Source of the DNA: Candidatus Woesearchaeota archaeon
GTDB lineage: Archaea; Nanobdellota; Nanobdellia; Woesearchaeales; SKGA01
Assembly (NCBI GenBank): GCA_016926395.1
Contig: JAFGOT010000023.1
Location: forward strand, 1-24,320
Length of the DNA stretch: 24,320 nt
Direction of reading: 5' to 3'
Below the pieces are notes generated by a model. It worked only from the letters and a program-made list of their open reading frames with translations, did no database searches and was not told the origin of the DNA. Both the position numbers and the translations under genes were made by a program. Shown one piece after another: positions 16,797-24,265 of this stretch. The first letter of the stretch is position 1; every line of letters starts with the position of its first letter.

Positions 16797-17153
16797 ATGG
16801 GAACAATATTTAATCTGGTTAAAGATCATCGACAATACGAACCTTCATCTAGTGTGCAAGAAGGAAATATTGAATTATTAACTTCTGCCGATCTTCTTTG
16901 TATTAGTGCTAATTTGGAAGGGTCGTTTGAAGATAAAGTTGATGACTTAACTAATATTCTTTCTATTCAAGAGTCATTTAATCGTCCTTCCTTATTGTAT
17001 AATCTTGGTAAACGTTCATTTCCTGTTCCTAATTTACTAAGATCTGTTTTTCCTGTTTATGCAGTGAGATATGAAGCTGTTAAAAAGTTTAACAACCTCT
17101 TATCTGACGAAGAACGTGCTAAAATTAAATTTCCTAAGTATCTTCGGAATTGA
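16797..17153 (+). CDS. Hypothetical protein
   Basis: 118-aa ORF, 20 nt after the barrel gene and probably co-transcribed; no recognised motif. Confidence 0.65.
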   Translation: MGTIFNLVKDHRQYEPSSSVQEGNIELLTSADLLCISANLEGSFEDKVDDLTNILSIQESFNRPSLLYNLGKRSFPVPNLLRSVFPVYAVRYEAVKKFNNLLSDEERAKIKFPKYLRN

Positions 17154-17217
17154 TTCACATATTTTATAAACAACTCTTTCTTTTTTCATTTTAATAAATT
17201 GAAGCGGTGTTATTATT

Positions 17218-18645
17218 ATGGTTACTCCAACAAAAATTAATGATTACTTATATGAAATTGAAAAAAAAGATAATATGAATTCAAAAGTGAAAATCTTTGC
17301 TTCTGATCTTCTTATGAAACATCTAAATGAAGATAGATCTTTGCAACAAGGAATTAATGTTGCTTGTCTTCCTGGTATTTGTGGTCCCTCTATTATGATG
17401 CCTGATGCACATCAAGGCTATGGTTTTTCTATCGGCGGTGTTGCAGCATTTGATTTAGAAACAGGAATTATTTCTCCTGGTGGAGTTGGTTTTGATATTA
17501 ATTGTGGTGTTAGGCTTATTACTACTAATCTAAAAAAAGATGAAGTTCAGTTAAAGATAAATGAACTTCTCGATGGTTTATTTGATGCCATTCCTACAGG
17601 TAAAGGTTTTGAGAATAAATCTAGTTTATCTGATGAAGAATTAAATGATATTTTTTTAAATGGTCCAAAACACTTAGTTGATAGGGGGATTGGAACTCAA
17701 GACGATTTGAATCATTGTGAATCTGGAGGAGCTATGCCTGGGGCAGTTCCTGAATATGTAAGTCATCGAGCAAAAGCGCGTGGGAGAAAACAGCTTGGTA
17801 CTCTTGGTGCTGGAAATCATTTCCTTGAAATTCAAACTGTTGGAGAAATTTTTGATAAAGATATTGCTAAGATTTTTGGTTTTACTGATGTTGATCAAGT
17901 AGTTTTTATGATTCATTGTGGTAGTCGTGGTTTGGGACATCAAGTTGCAAGTGATTACTTGCGTTTAATGGAAGATGAGTATCCAAAAATTATTGAATCT
18001 CTTCCTGAAAAAGATTTGATTTATGCTCCTATTAATAGTGATCTTGGAAAAAAGTATTATGGCGCCATGTGTGCTGCTGCAAATTTTGCTTGGGCTAATC
18101 GTCATATGATTGGACATTTAGCAAAAGAAGTTTTCAAAAAATTATTTCCTGCTGTGCAATTTAGAACTGTTTATGATGTCGCTCATAACATTGCTAAAAG
18201 AGAAACACACATTATTGGTGGTGTAGAAAAAGAAGTCATGGTTCATAGAAAAGGGGCAACAAGAGCGTTTGGCCCTGGAAACAGCGACCTGCCTGCGGAC
18301 TATCAAACTACTGGACAGCCTATTTTGATTCCTGGTTCTATGGGTACTTCTTCTTTTGTTCTTGTTGGAACTAAAGAAGGAATGGAAGCTTCTTTTGGAA
18401 GTACTGCTCATGGTGCTGGACGTCTTATGAGTCGATTTGATGCAAAAAAAGAATTTGATGGCGAGACTATTCGTGATACTTTAGCAGAACAAAATATCTC
18501 CTTAAAAGCTCGAAATATCAGGGGCGTTGGTGATGAGGCTCCTGGAGCATATAAGGATGTTGATGAGGTTGTTAAAGTTAGTCATGAAGCACACATCGGC
18601 AATTTGGTTGTTAAGCTAAAGCCTATTGGAGTAATAAAAGGATAA
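17218..18645 (+). CDS. rtcB: RNA-splicing/repair ligase RtcB
   Basis: MPDAHQGYGF, GFDINCG, GNHFLE, HCGSRG, HNIA, HRKGAT and STAHGAGR catalytic motifs all intact. Confidence 0.98.
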   Translation: MVTPTKINDYLYEIEKKDNMNSKVKIFASDLLMKHLNEDRSLQQGINVACLPGICGPSIMMPDAHQGYGFSIGGVAAFDLETGIISPGGVGFDINCGVRLITTNLKKDEVQLKINELLDGLFDAIPTGKGFENKSSLSDEELNDIFLNGPKHLVDRGIGTQDDLNHCESGGAMPGAVPEYVSHRAKARGRKQLGTLGAGNHFLEIQTVGEIFDKDIAKIFGFTDVDQVVFMIHCGSRGLGHQVASDYLRLMEDEYPKIIESLPEKDLIYAPINSDLGKKYYGAMCAAANFAWANRHMIGHLAKEVFKKLFPAVQFRTVYDVAHNIAKRETHIIGGVEKEVMVHRKGATRAFGPGNSDLPADYQTTGQPILIPGSMGTSSFVLVGTKEGMEASFGSTAHGAGRLMSRFDAKKEFDGETIRDTLAEQNISLKARNIRGVGDEAPGAYKDVDEVVKVSHEAHIGNLVVKLKPIGVIKG

Positions 18646-18720
18646 TTTACTACCTCAAAGTAACAACAAAATAGAAAGATTTAAATACTTGTTTTTCTCA
18701 CTTAACTAAAGGTGATATTA

Positions 18721-19137
18721 ATGTCAAATTCATTTAATCAATTTAAAGAAAAGGTTATCAAACCTGTTGTTTTAGCCACTCTTCCTTTAGTGATTGCAAG
18801 TTGTAATCCTTCCACTCAAGAAGTATCCAATAATTATGTTAAAAATCCTGCTGTTGTTGGATGGAATATGGCTACTCCTTATTTAATAGATGATGTAACT
18901 CAAGATGGTCGAGCTGATGTGATTTTTTCCAAAAAGGATCATTTTGGAAGTTCTCCTTATGTTGTGCAATTTTATGATTCTACTCAGATTTCAAAAGACG
19001 AATTAAGAAAACATTTCGATTATATTGCTAATGATGTTAAAGCAATGGATCTTCCTCTTGCTGCAGCAGCAACTAGGGAAATGCAATCTGAACAAAGATT
19101 TAAGAATTCTATTGAATCTTTTTTAGATAGAGAATAA
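18721..19137 (+). CDS. Putative lipoprotein
   Basis: Basic N-region, hydrophobic stretch and lipobox IASC (Cys28 at 18802-18804); DVTQDGRAD resembles a Dx(x)xDG Ca-binding loop; SD AAGGTGA. Confidence 0.7.
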   Translation: MSNSFNQFKEKVIKPVVLATLPLVIASCNPSTQEVSNNYVKNPAVVGWNMATPYLIDDVTQDGRADVIFSKKDHFGSSPYVVQFYDSTQISKDELRKHFDYIANDVKAMDLPLAAAATREMQSEQRFKNSIESFLDRE

Positions 19138-19148
19138 TTTGTTAATTA

Positions 19149-19180
19149 GGAAAGTTAATTTTAACTTTCCATATTTTTTT
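19149..19180 (+). terminator. 22-bp palindrome plus T-tract: terminator of the lipoprotein gene and/or operator next to the following TATA box
   Basis: ggaaagttaa-tt-ttaactttcc (perfect 10-bp arms, 19149-19170) followed by atattttttt. Confidence 0.6.
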
Positions 19181-19210
19181 AAATACTTCAAAAAATCTGA
19201 GTACTTCAAA

Positions 19211-19846
19211 ATGTTTTTAGATGAAATCATGCCAACTTTGTCAAAACCCGAATCTAAACTGTATAAGATGCAATGGGATAAAGATTTGTTTAATTCTAAG
19301 TCTGAAAAAATAATTATAGATGAACAAAAACCTTCTTTTGCAGATGGTGTTTTAGATGTGGCTGAACATTTTTTAGGGCGTATAAATTATGATTCTTCTT
19401 TAGATAAGGCTGAAATGGAGGCTGAAGCTTTTTCTAGAATTATGGCTGAAACTCTTCCTTTTTTGTGGTTTGAGAGTGCTGACGAATTTCATAAGAATGA
19501 TATTTGGAAAAAAACCGGTTCTATTTGGCCAAGATACTTATCCACTTTTGATTTGGGTCCAAGACGATTAAGTGATTTGGAAGAAACAAGTCTTACTTGT
19601 ATGGGTCAGAGTATGAATCTTTCTTCTCTTGTAAACAATTATATTTCTTCAGAGTGGAGATTATACAATGCTATTGTGGCAGGCGCGGTTCGAGTGCATG
19701 GCTTTATGGCAAAAGAACTCAAAGATGGTTATGTTATTGTAGATCCTTCTTTAGCAAAGTTTCCTTATACTAAATTTGTAATGTCTAAAAAAGATTTTGC
19801 AAAAAATGCCTTTCCGGCGGTTATTGTTGATTTAAATCAGAATTGA
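19211..19846 (+). CDS. Transglutaminase-like / papain-fold Cys protein
   Basis: Cys (LTCMGQS, 19598), His (RVHGF, 19697) and Asp (VIVDPS, 19742) in transglutaminase-like order and spacing; ATG 19211 follows the TATA at 19176-19183. Confidence 0.6.
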   Translation: MFLDEIMPTLSKPESKLYKMQWDKDLFNSKSEKIIIDEQKPSFADGVLDVAEHFLGRINYDSSLDKAEMEAEAFSRIMAETLPFLWFESADEFHKNDIWKKTGSIWPRYLSTFDLGPRRLSDLEETSLTCMGQSMNLSSLVNNYISSEWRLYNAIVAGAVRVHGFMAKELKDGYVIVDPSLAKFPYTKFVMSKKDFAKNAFPAVIVDLNQN

Positions 19847-21610
19847 TTATTGTCCTTCGTATAGATCATAAATATCGTCCATTGTTGCAATATCGTCAAT
19901 TGATTTATCGTTTCGAATATTTAGAACTCTTGGGAATCTTAATGCAAATCCTGATGAATATGTTGGGCTTTTTTGAATTTCTTCATATGCTATCATTAAA
20001 ATTATTTCTGGTTGTACTCTTACATTTTTTCCATCTTCCCCAATAATTAATGGCTTTAGAAGCTCTGTAAGTCTTGCAAACGTCACTGTTTCTTCATCTT
20101 CTGCTATTTCTTTTAGTCCTGTTCCTACTTTTCCAATTTCAAGAATGTTGCCGTCTTCATCTTGAACTGCTAGTGTAAAACTAGTCATCCAAGCAGAACG
20201 TTTACCATTTCCCCATTCTGCTTCTGTAATAACCAGGTCTAGTTCGTCCATGATTGGTTTCATTTTAATCCACGCACTAACTCGTCCTCCCGGTTCGTAA
20301 AGCCCTTTCATGTCTTTTATCATCACTCCTTCGTTTCCTGCTGCCAGTGATTCTTCATAGAATGATTGTGCATCTTCTTCTTTTTCAACCAGAATTCCTT
20401 TTGCTTTTACTATGCTTCTAGGGATATCCTTAGGGATTATTTTCTCTAGTGCTAAAAGTCTATGCGGGAGTTCTTCATCAATTATTACTTTATTACCATC
20501 ATATAATACATCAAAGATGTTTACTTCGACAGGGAGTTCTTTTGCTAATGCTTCAATATCGTACTTTCGTCTAATTCTTTTGGAAATGTGTTGAAATGGT
20601 TGGTATTTTCCTGTTTTTGGGTCGTATCCTACTGCTTCACCATCTATTATACATTCATCGACCGTTACGTGCTTAAGAATTGCTTTTTCAACATCTGGAA
20701 ATTGTTTGGTTACATCTTCAAGTCGTCTTGTGAATAGTTTAATTTCTTTACCTTTTTTATGGATTTGCATCCTAAAACCATCGTATTTGTATTCTAGACG
20801 TGCTGGAAATCCAGTTCTTGCAAATGCATCGGTAAATGTTCTTTCTTTTCTAGCAAGCATAACTTTGCAAGGAGATCCTGCTGTTAGTTTAAACTCATCA
20901 AGAGATTTTCCTTTTTGTAGATGTGTTATGACTTTGGCATAGTCTGCAGTTAAATCGAATGCTCGCTTTACTTTTTCCATTAATTGTTGTATTTCCTCTT
21001 TTGAGAATTGTCCTTCATGAATTATTGCATTATTTTCTTTGTCATATATTACTGTGTCCGTAAAAAATGCATATGTTATTGCATCTCGCATTGTTCCGCC
21101 TGCGATTCCAACCCTTAGGTCCTCTAGGACTGTTCTAATAATAAATTTAGCTTCAATTGGCTTAGCACTTGTTAACAATTTGCTAAGTTCAGACATTTTA
21201 ACGTCTTGAGATTTCATCCCTTCAAGACTTGCAAGTTTTTGTAGTGTTTGAAATACGTCTTTTAATGTTAAATCTGAACTAAACAACGTTTGTTGGCGTT
21301 TTCTTTTTACTAGTTCTTCAACTGTGTTCCCTATATCTCCATGCTTTTTAAAGACTTTTTCAACTTCACTTTCACCATGTCCTGTGGCTCTGGAGATTGC
21401 TTTTAATGCTAATTTAGCAGCCATCCCCACAGTTTGACTATCCCATTCAGGGAATACTCTTCCCTGCAACAACAACACCGTCTCTTCAATAGTTTCTTCA
21501 CTTTCTTCTTTAATTTTTTTAATGAAATTTGCTAGAATTGTTGTTTTTTCAAGCCTAGAAGTCGTCTTAGATAGTTCTTCAAACGTTTCAGCCAGTTGAA
21601 GGTATTTCAT
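19847..21610 (-). CDS. lig: ATP-dependent DNA ligase (archaeal type)
   Basis: Motif I EYKYDG, III IIDGE, IIIa IFDVL, IV EGVMIK, V WIKMK and VI LRFPR; N-terminal DNA-binding domain present. Confidence 0.98.
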   Translation of the reverse strand: MKYLQLAETFEELSKTTSRLEKTTILANFIKKIKEESEETIEETVLLLQGRVFPEWDSQTVGMAAKLALKAISRATGHGESEVEKVFKKHGDIGNTVEELVKRKRQQTLFSSDLTLKDVFQTLQKLASLEGMKSQDVKMSELSKLLTSAKPIEAKFIIRTVLEDLRVGIAGGTMRDAITYAFFTDTVIYDKENNAIIHEGQFSKEEIQQLMEKVKRAFDLTADYAKVITHLQKGKSLDEFKLTAGSPCKVMLARKERTFTDAFARTGFPARLEYKYDGFRMQIHKKGKEIKLFTRRLEDVTKQFPDVEKAILKHVTVDECIIDGEAVGYDPKTGKYQPFQHISKRIRRKYDIEALAKELPVEVNIFDVLYDGNKVIIDEELPHRLLALEKIIPKDIPRSIVKAKGILVEKEEDAQSFYEESLAAGNEGVMIKDMKGLYEPGGRVSAWIKMKPIMDELDLVITEAEWGNGKRSAWMTSFTLAVQDEDGNILEIGKVGTGLKEIAEDEETVTFARLTELLKPLIIGEDGKNVRVQPEIILMIAYEEIQKSPTYSSGFALRFPRVLNIRNDKSIDDIATMDDIYDLYEGQ

Positions 21611-21812
21611 AGCTTTTTTGAATTCTCTTCTCTATTTTAATCTTCCCATTGACAAGCCCATTCCTTGGAATTCTTTGTTTTTAATTGCTTCTACTTCCTA
21701 CTCTCTCTTTTATCATCACTGGACATTTGCTTGGGACGTTTATAAAGAAAGTCATCCCTTATTTTGTATAAGCAGCTGCACATTAAGCAGCCTTCCTTTC
21801 GAGGTGAATATT

Positions 21813-21929
21813 ATGGAAGATGTAAAATATATTGAAAATTTATTTTTCAAACAAATCAAATCCTTAACAGCTAAAACGCTTGCACAATCCTATGACTACC
21901 AATTTTCTGATGGTTGGGTTAGGAGGTAA
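21813..21929 (+). CDS. Micro-ORF 1 (38 aa)
   Basis: SD GAGGTGA at 21801-21807, then ATG; MEDVKYIENLFFKQIKSLTAKTLAQSYDYQFSDGWVRR; TATA tttataaa at 21739-21746. Confidence 0.55.
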   Translation: MEDVKYIENLFFKQIKSLTAKTLAQSYDYQFSDGWVRR

Positions 21930-21934
21930 TTTAG

Positions 21935-22084
21935 ATGAAGGCAGAAGAATTGTATTCAGAACAAGAGCTTTATCCAAAGCATATAGTGTCTATGCTTGGT
22001 GAGTTGGGAGCGTCTGCTGAGGAGCAGTCTATTATCGAACAATATTTATGGTCTACGTTTGGAGGTGAACCAATTGATCTTTAA
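21935..22084 (+). CDS. Micro-ORF 2 (49 aa, acidic)
   Basis: Not in the ORF track. SD AGGAGGT at 21921-21927 overlaps the ORF1 stop; MKAEELYSEQELYPKHIVSMLGELGASAEEQSIIEQYLWSTFGGEPIDL. Confidence 0.6.
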   Translation: MKAEELYSEQELYPKHIVSMLGELGASAEEQSIIEQYLWSTFGGEPIDL

Positions 22085-22178
22085 GAAAAAAACTGATTTT
22101 GTTGATTGGTCATCTTACAAAAGCAAAATAGATTTTATGAGTGAGTTTTATTACCAACAAGTTCGTTTAAAGAACTAA
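22074..22178 (+). CDS. Micro-ORF 3 (34 aa, TTG start)
   Basis: Perfect SD GGAGGTGA at 22061-22068, 5 nt before TTG; MIFKKKTDFVDWSSYKSKIDFMSEFYYQQVRLKN; overlaps the end of ORF2. Confidence 0.5.
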   Translation: MIFKKKTDFVDWSSYKSKIDFMSEFYYQQVRLKN

Positions 22179-22311
22179 GTGGATTTGATGTCTCAAAGGA
22201 TTAATGTTTAGCACCAACAACTAACACTTATTTAATTTTATTTTTAATCTCGCGCAAACACACCTACACCACCCTCTTTGTTTTTGTTTTGTTTTAAACC
22301 AATCTTTTTCT

Positions 22312-22335
22312 GGGGGCTTTGCTCCCTATTTTTTT
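22312..22335 (+). terminator. GC-rich hairpin plus T-tract downstream of the micro-ORF cluster
   Basis: gggggc-ttt-gctccc (6 bp, one G-U pair) followed by tattttttt. Confidence 0.5.
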
Positions 22336-22368
22336 AACAAAAAGTGCAAATTTATGCAAGAATTACTA

Positions 22369-22445
22369 TTTGAAACACTGTTTCAAAAATGAAATTATGT
22401 TTCAAAAAAGAACAGTTGTTCCAGAATATGAAAATATTTATAAAT
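22369..22445 (+). promoter_or_regulatory. Array of palindromic operator-like sites abutting a TATA box
   Basis: Perfect tttgaaaca-c-tgtttcaaa (22369-22387); second copy tgaaattatgtttcaaa (22390-22406); degenerate third copy (22409-22425); 19-bp period; TATA tttataaa at 22438-22445. Confidence 0.65.
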
Positions 22446-22467
22446 AAACACATTTATAGTATTGCAT

Positions 22468-23004
22468 ATGTCGCGAGATAGAGAGATACTAGAAAGCCTC
22501 ATTAACCCTTCTATGCTTAAAATTCTTAAGTTATTTATAAATAATGAAGACCAGAAGTACTATCTAAGGGAGATCTCTAAGTTGAGTAAGGTTCCTCCTG
22601 CAACTACTTATCGGATACTACACGAATTGGTAGAAACACATATAATAACTATTGAACCCATTAAAAAGTTCAAATTGTATTCTTTGGACTTTGAAAACTC
22701 TGGTTTTCTCTTAGAACTGTTACAAGACCGTAAATCGGCTGTTTCGGAGTTTATTGACTCTATAAAGTCCTTTGATGGTGTTGAAATGGTTGTTCTTCAT
22801 GGTAAGGAGGAAAAAGACAAAGCTAATGTTCTTGTTATAGGTACTGAGTACGATAAGCCGTCTATTGAACGAAATGCCCTCTATATATCTAATAAATTTA
22901 AATTTAACCTCATTCTGTTGATGTTAACGCCCGATCAGTACAATCAAATGACTTCTATGGGTCTTTATTCAGGTAAAAAGAAAATCTTATTTGAAGCAGA
23001 ATAA
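22468..23004 (+). CDS. Winged-helix transcription regulator fused to a degenerate minimal nucleotidyltransferase-like domain
   Basis: KILKLF.....YYLREISK...VPPATTYRIL..L helix-turn-helix; C-domain VVLHGKEE...ANVLVIG aligns to LFGS...DIDLLV but lacks the GS and DxD residues. Confidence 0.75.
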   Translation: MSRDREILESLINPSMLKILKLFINNEDQKYYLREISKLSKVPPATTYRILHELVETHIITIEPIKKFKLYSLDFENSGFLLELLQDRKSAVSEFIDSIKSFDGVEMVVLHGKEEKDKANVLVIGTEYDKPSIERNALYISNKFKFNLILLMLTPDQYNQMTSMGLYSGKKKILFEAE

Positions 23005-23038
23005 TCATTTCCAATATATATTTTCCAAAACATAAACA

Positions 23039-23188
23039 TTTATATATTAAAACTCCAAGTATTTGTACTGTTGCTTGAAATGGTTGTTTGAGGGGTCGAG
23101 AACCTTTCTAAATATGTTCGCTTATTTGGTGTGGGCGGGCTTTAAACAATCTTGCATTCCAAACCACCGTTAGGGGGAAAGAAAGAAA
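23039..23188 (+). promoter_or_regulatory. ftsZ promoter (TATA 23039-23046) and about 120-nt structured 5' leader
   Basis: Helix 23082-23091/23142-23151, UUCG-capped hairpin 23108-23129, and hairpin 23164-23177 over the GGGGG putative ribosome-binding site. Confidence 0.5.
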
Positions 23189-24265
23189 ATGGACTTTATC
23201 GTAAATGAAGCGCAAAACAATGCTCATCAAATGCAAGGCTTTGATGGACTTGAAGTAGGAAAGGCAAATATCAAAGTCATCGGTATCGGTGGCGCTGGAA
23301 ACAATATGACTAATTGGTTATATAAGAAAGGTATTGAAGGAGCAGAAATCATTGCATGTAACTCTGATCTTCAACATCTTAACATGGTCGAAGCTGACCG
23401 AAAATTCTTATTAGGAAAAGATTCTACTCGTGGACTTGGTGCAGGTGGATTTCCAAATGTTGGAAAAGAAGCTGCTGAAGAAGCAATGAGTGAAATTAAA
23501 GATTCTCTAAAAGGCTCTGACATGGTATTCGTATGTGCAGGTATGGGTGGAGGAACTGGTACTGGTGCAGCTCCTGTAGTTGCTAAAGTTGCTAAAGAAA
23601 CTGGTGCAATCGTTATTGGAACAGTAACTATGCCATTCAAAATTGAAAGAGCTAGAGTAGACAAAGCAGAATTTGGTCTACAACAGTTAAGACAAAACAC
23701 TCACACAGTTATTGTAATTGACAACAACAGACTTGTTCAAATTGCAGGAAACCTACCTGTTAACCAAGCATTCGCTGTTGCAAATGAATTAATCTCTACT
23801 ATGATTAAAGGGATCGTTGAGACAATCGCAGTTCCATCTCTAGTTAACTTAGACTTTGCAGATGTTAAAGCTGTTATGACTGCTGGTGGAGTTGCTTCCA
23901 TTGGTGTTGGTTCAAGTGATACTAAAAATAGAGTAGATGAAGCTGTTAAAGGCGCTTTAAGTAATCCTTTACTTGATATCAGCTATGATGGTGCTCAAGG
24001 TGCAATTATTCAAATCCACGGTGGATATGATATGACTCTTGATGAAATCAACAGAGTTGGTGAATTAGTAACTGAATCTATGGACTCTTCCGCAAACGTT
24101 ATTTGGGGAGCTCGAGTAAGTGAGAACATGAAAGGAAAACTAACTGTAATGACTATCGTTACAGGCGTTAAATCTCCTTGGGTTATCGGTCCACAAGATA
24201 TTAAACAACAAGCTCAAGCAAGACAACAATTGTCCAATGAACTTGGTATTGAAGTTCTAAGATAA
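23189..24265 (+). CDS. ftsZ: Cell division protein FtsZ (FtsZ2-like)
   Basis: GIGGAGNN, GMGGGTGTG signature, NLDFAD T7 loop; VIDNNRL resembles the archaeal FtsZ2 clade. Confidence 0.98.
   Translation: MDFIVNEAQNNAHQMQGFDGLEVGKANIKVIGIGGAGNNMTNWLYKKGIEGAEIIACNSDLQHLNMVEADRKFLLGKDSTRGLGAGGFPNVGKEAAEEAMSEIKDSLKGSDMVFVCAGMGGGTGTGAAPVVAKVAKETGAIVIGTVTMPFKIERARVDKAEFGLQQLRQNTHTVIVIDNNRLVQIAGNLPVNQAFAVANELISTMIKGIVETIAVPSLVNLDFADVKAVMTAGGVASIGVGSSDTKNRVDEAVKGALSNPLLDISYDGAQGAIIQIHGGYDMTLDEINRVGELVTESMDSSANVIWGARVSENMKGKLTVMTIVTGVKSPWVIGPQDIKQQAQARQQLSNELGIEVLR

Noticed and set aside
17218-21610. Inteins or frameshifts in RtcB or DNA ligase
   Set aside because: Both have normal length with contiguous motifs, and no intein splice or endonuclease blocks.
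21618-21812. N-terminal extension of the 103-aa track ORF (21618-21929), and likewise of 21996-22178
   Set aside because: The extensions span the ligase promoter region or another frame of micro-ORF 2; strong SDs point to starts at 21813 and 22074.
23005-23188. cdrS-like RHH gene upstream of ftsZ
   Set aside because: No plus-strand ORF of suitable length or RHH pattern; the ATG at 23080 stops after three codons.
23357-23371. FtsZ NSD in place of the usual NTD motif as a sign of inactivation
   Set aside because: Conservative Thr-to-Ser change; the GGGTGTG signature and T7 loop NLDFAD are intact.
577-23700. Antisense and alternate-frame ORFs in the track (e.g. 577-1017, 1372-1713, 2771-3025, 4579-4821, 5173-5553, 8759-9022, 17674-17943, 20706-20942, 23371-23700)
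   Set aside because: They lie within well-supported genes, lack motifs and initiation signals, and are expected shadows of biased codon usage.
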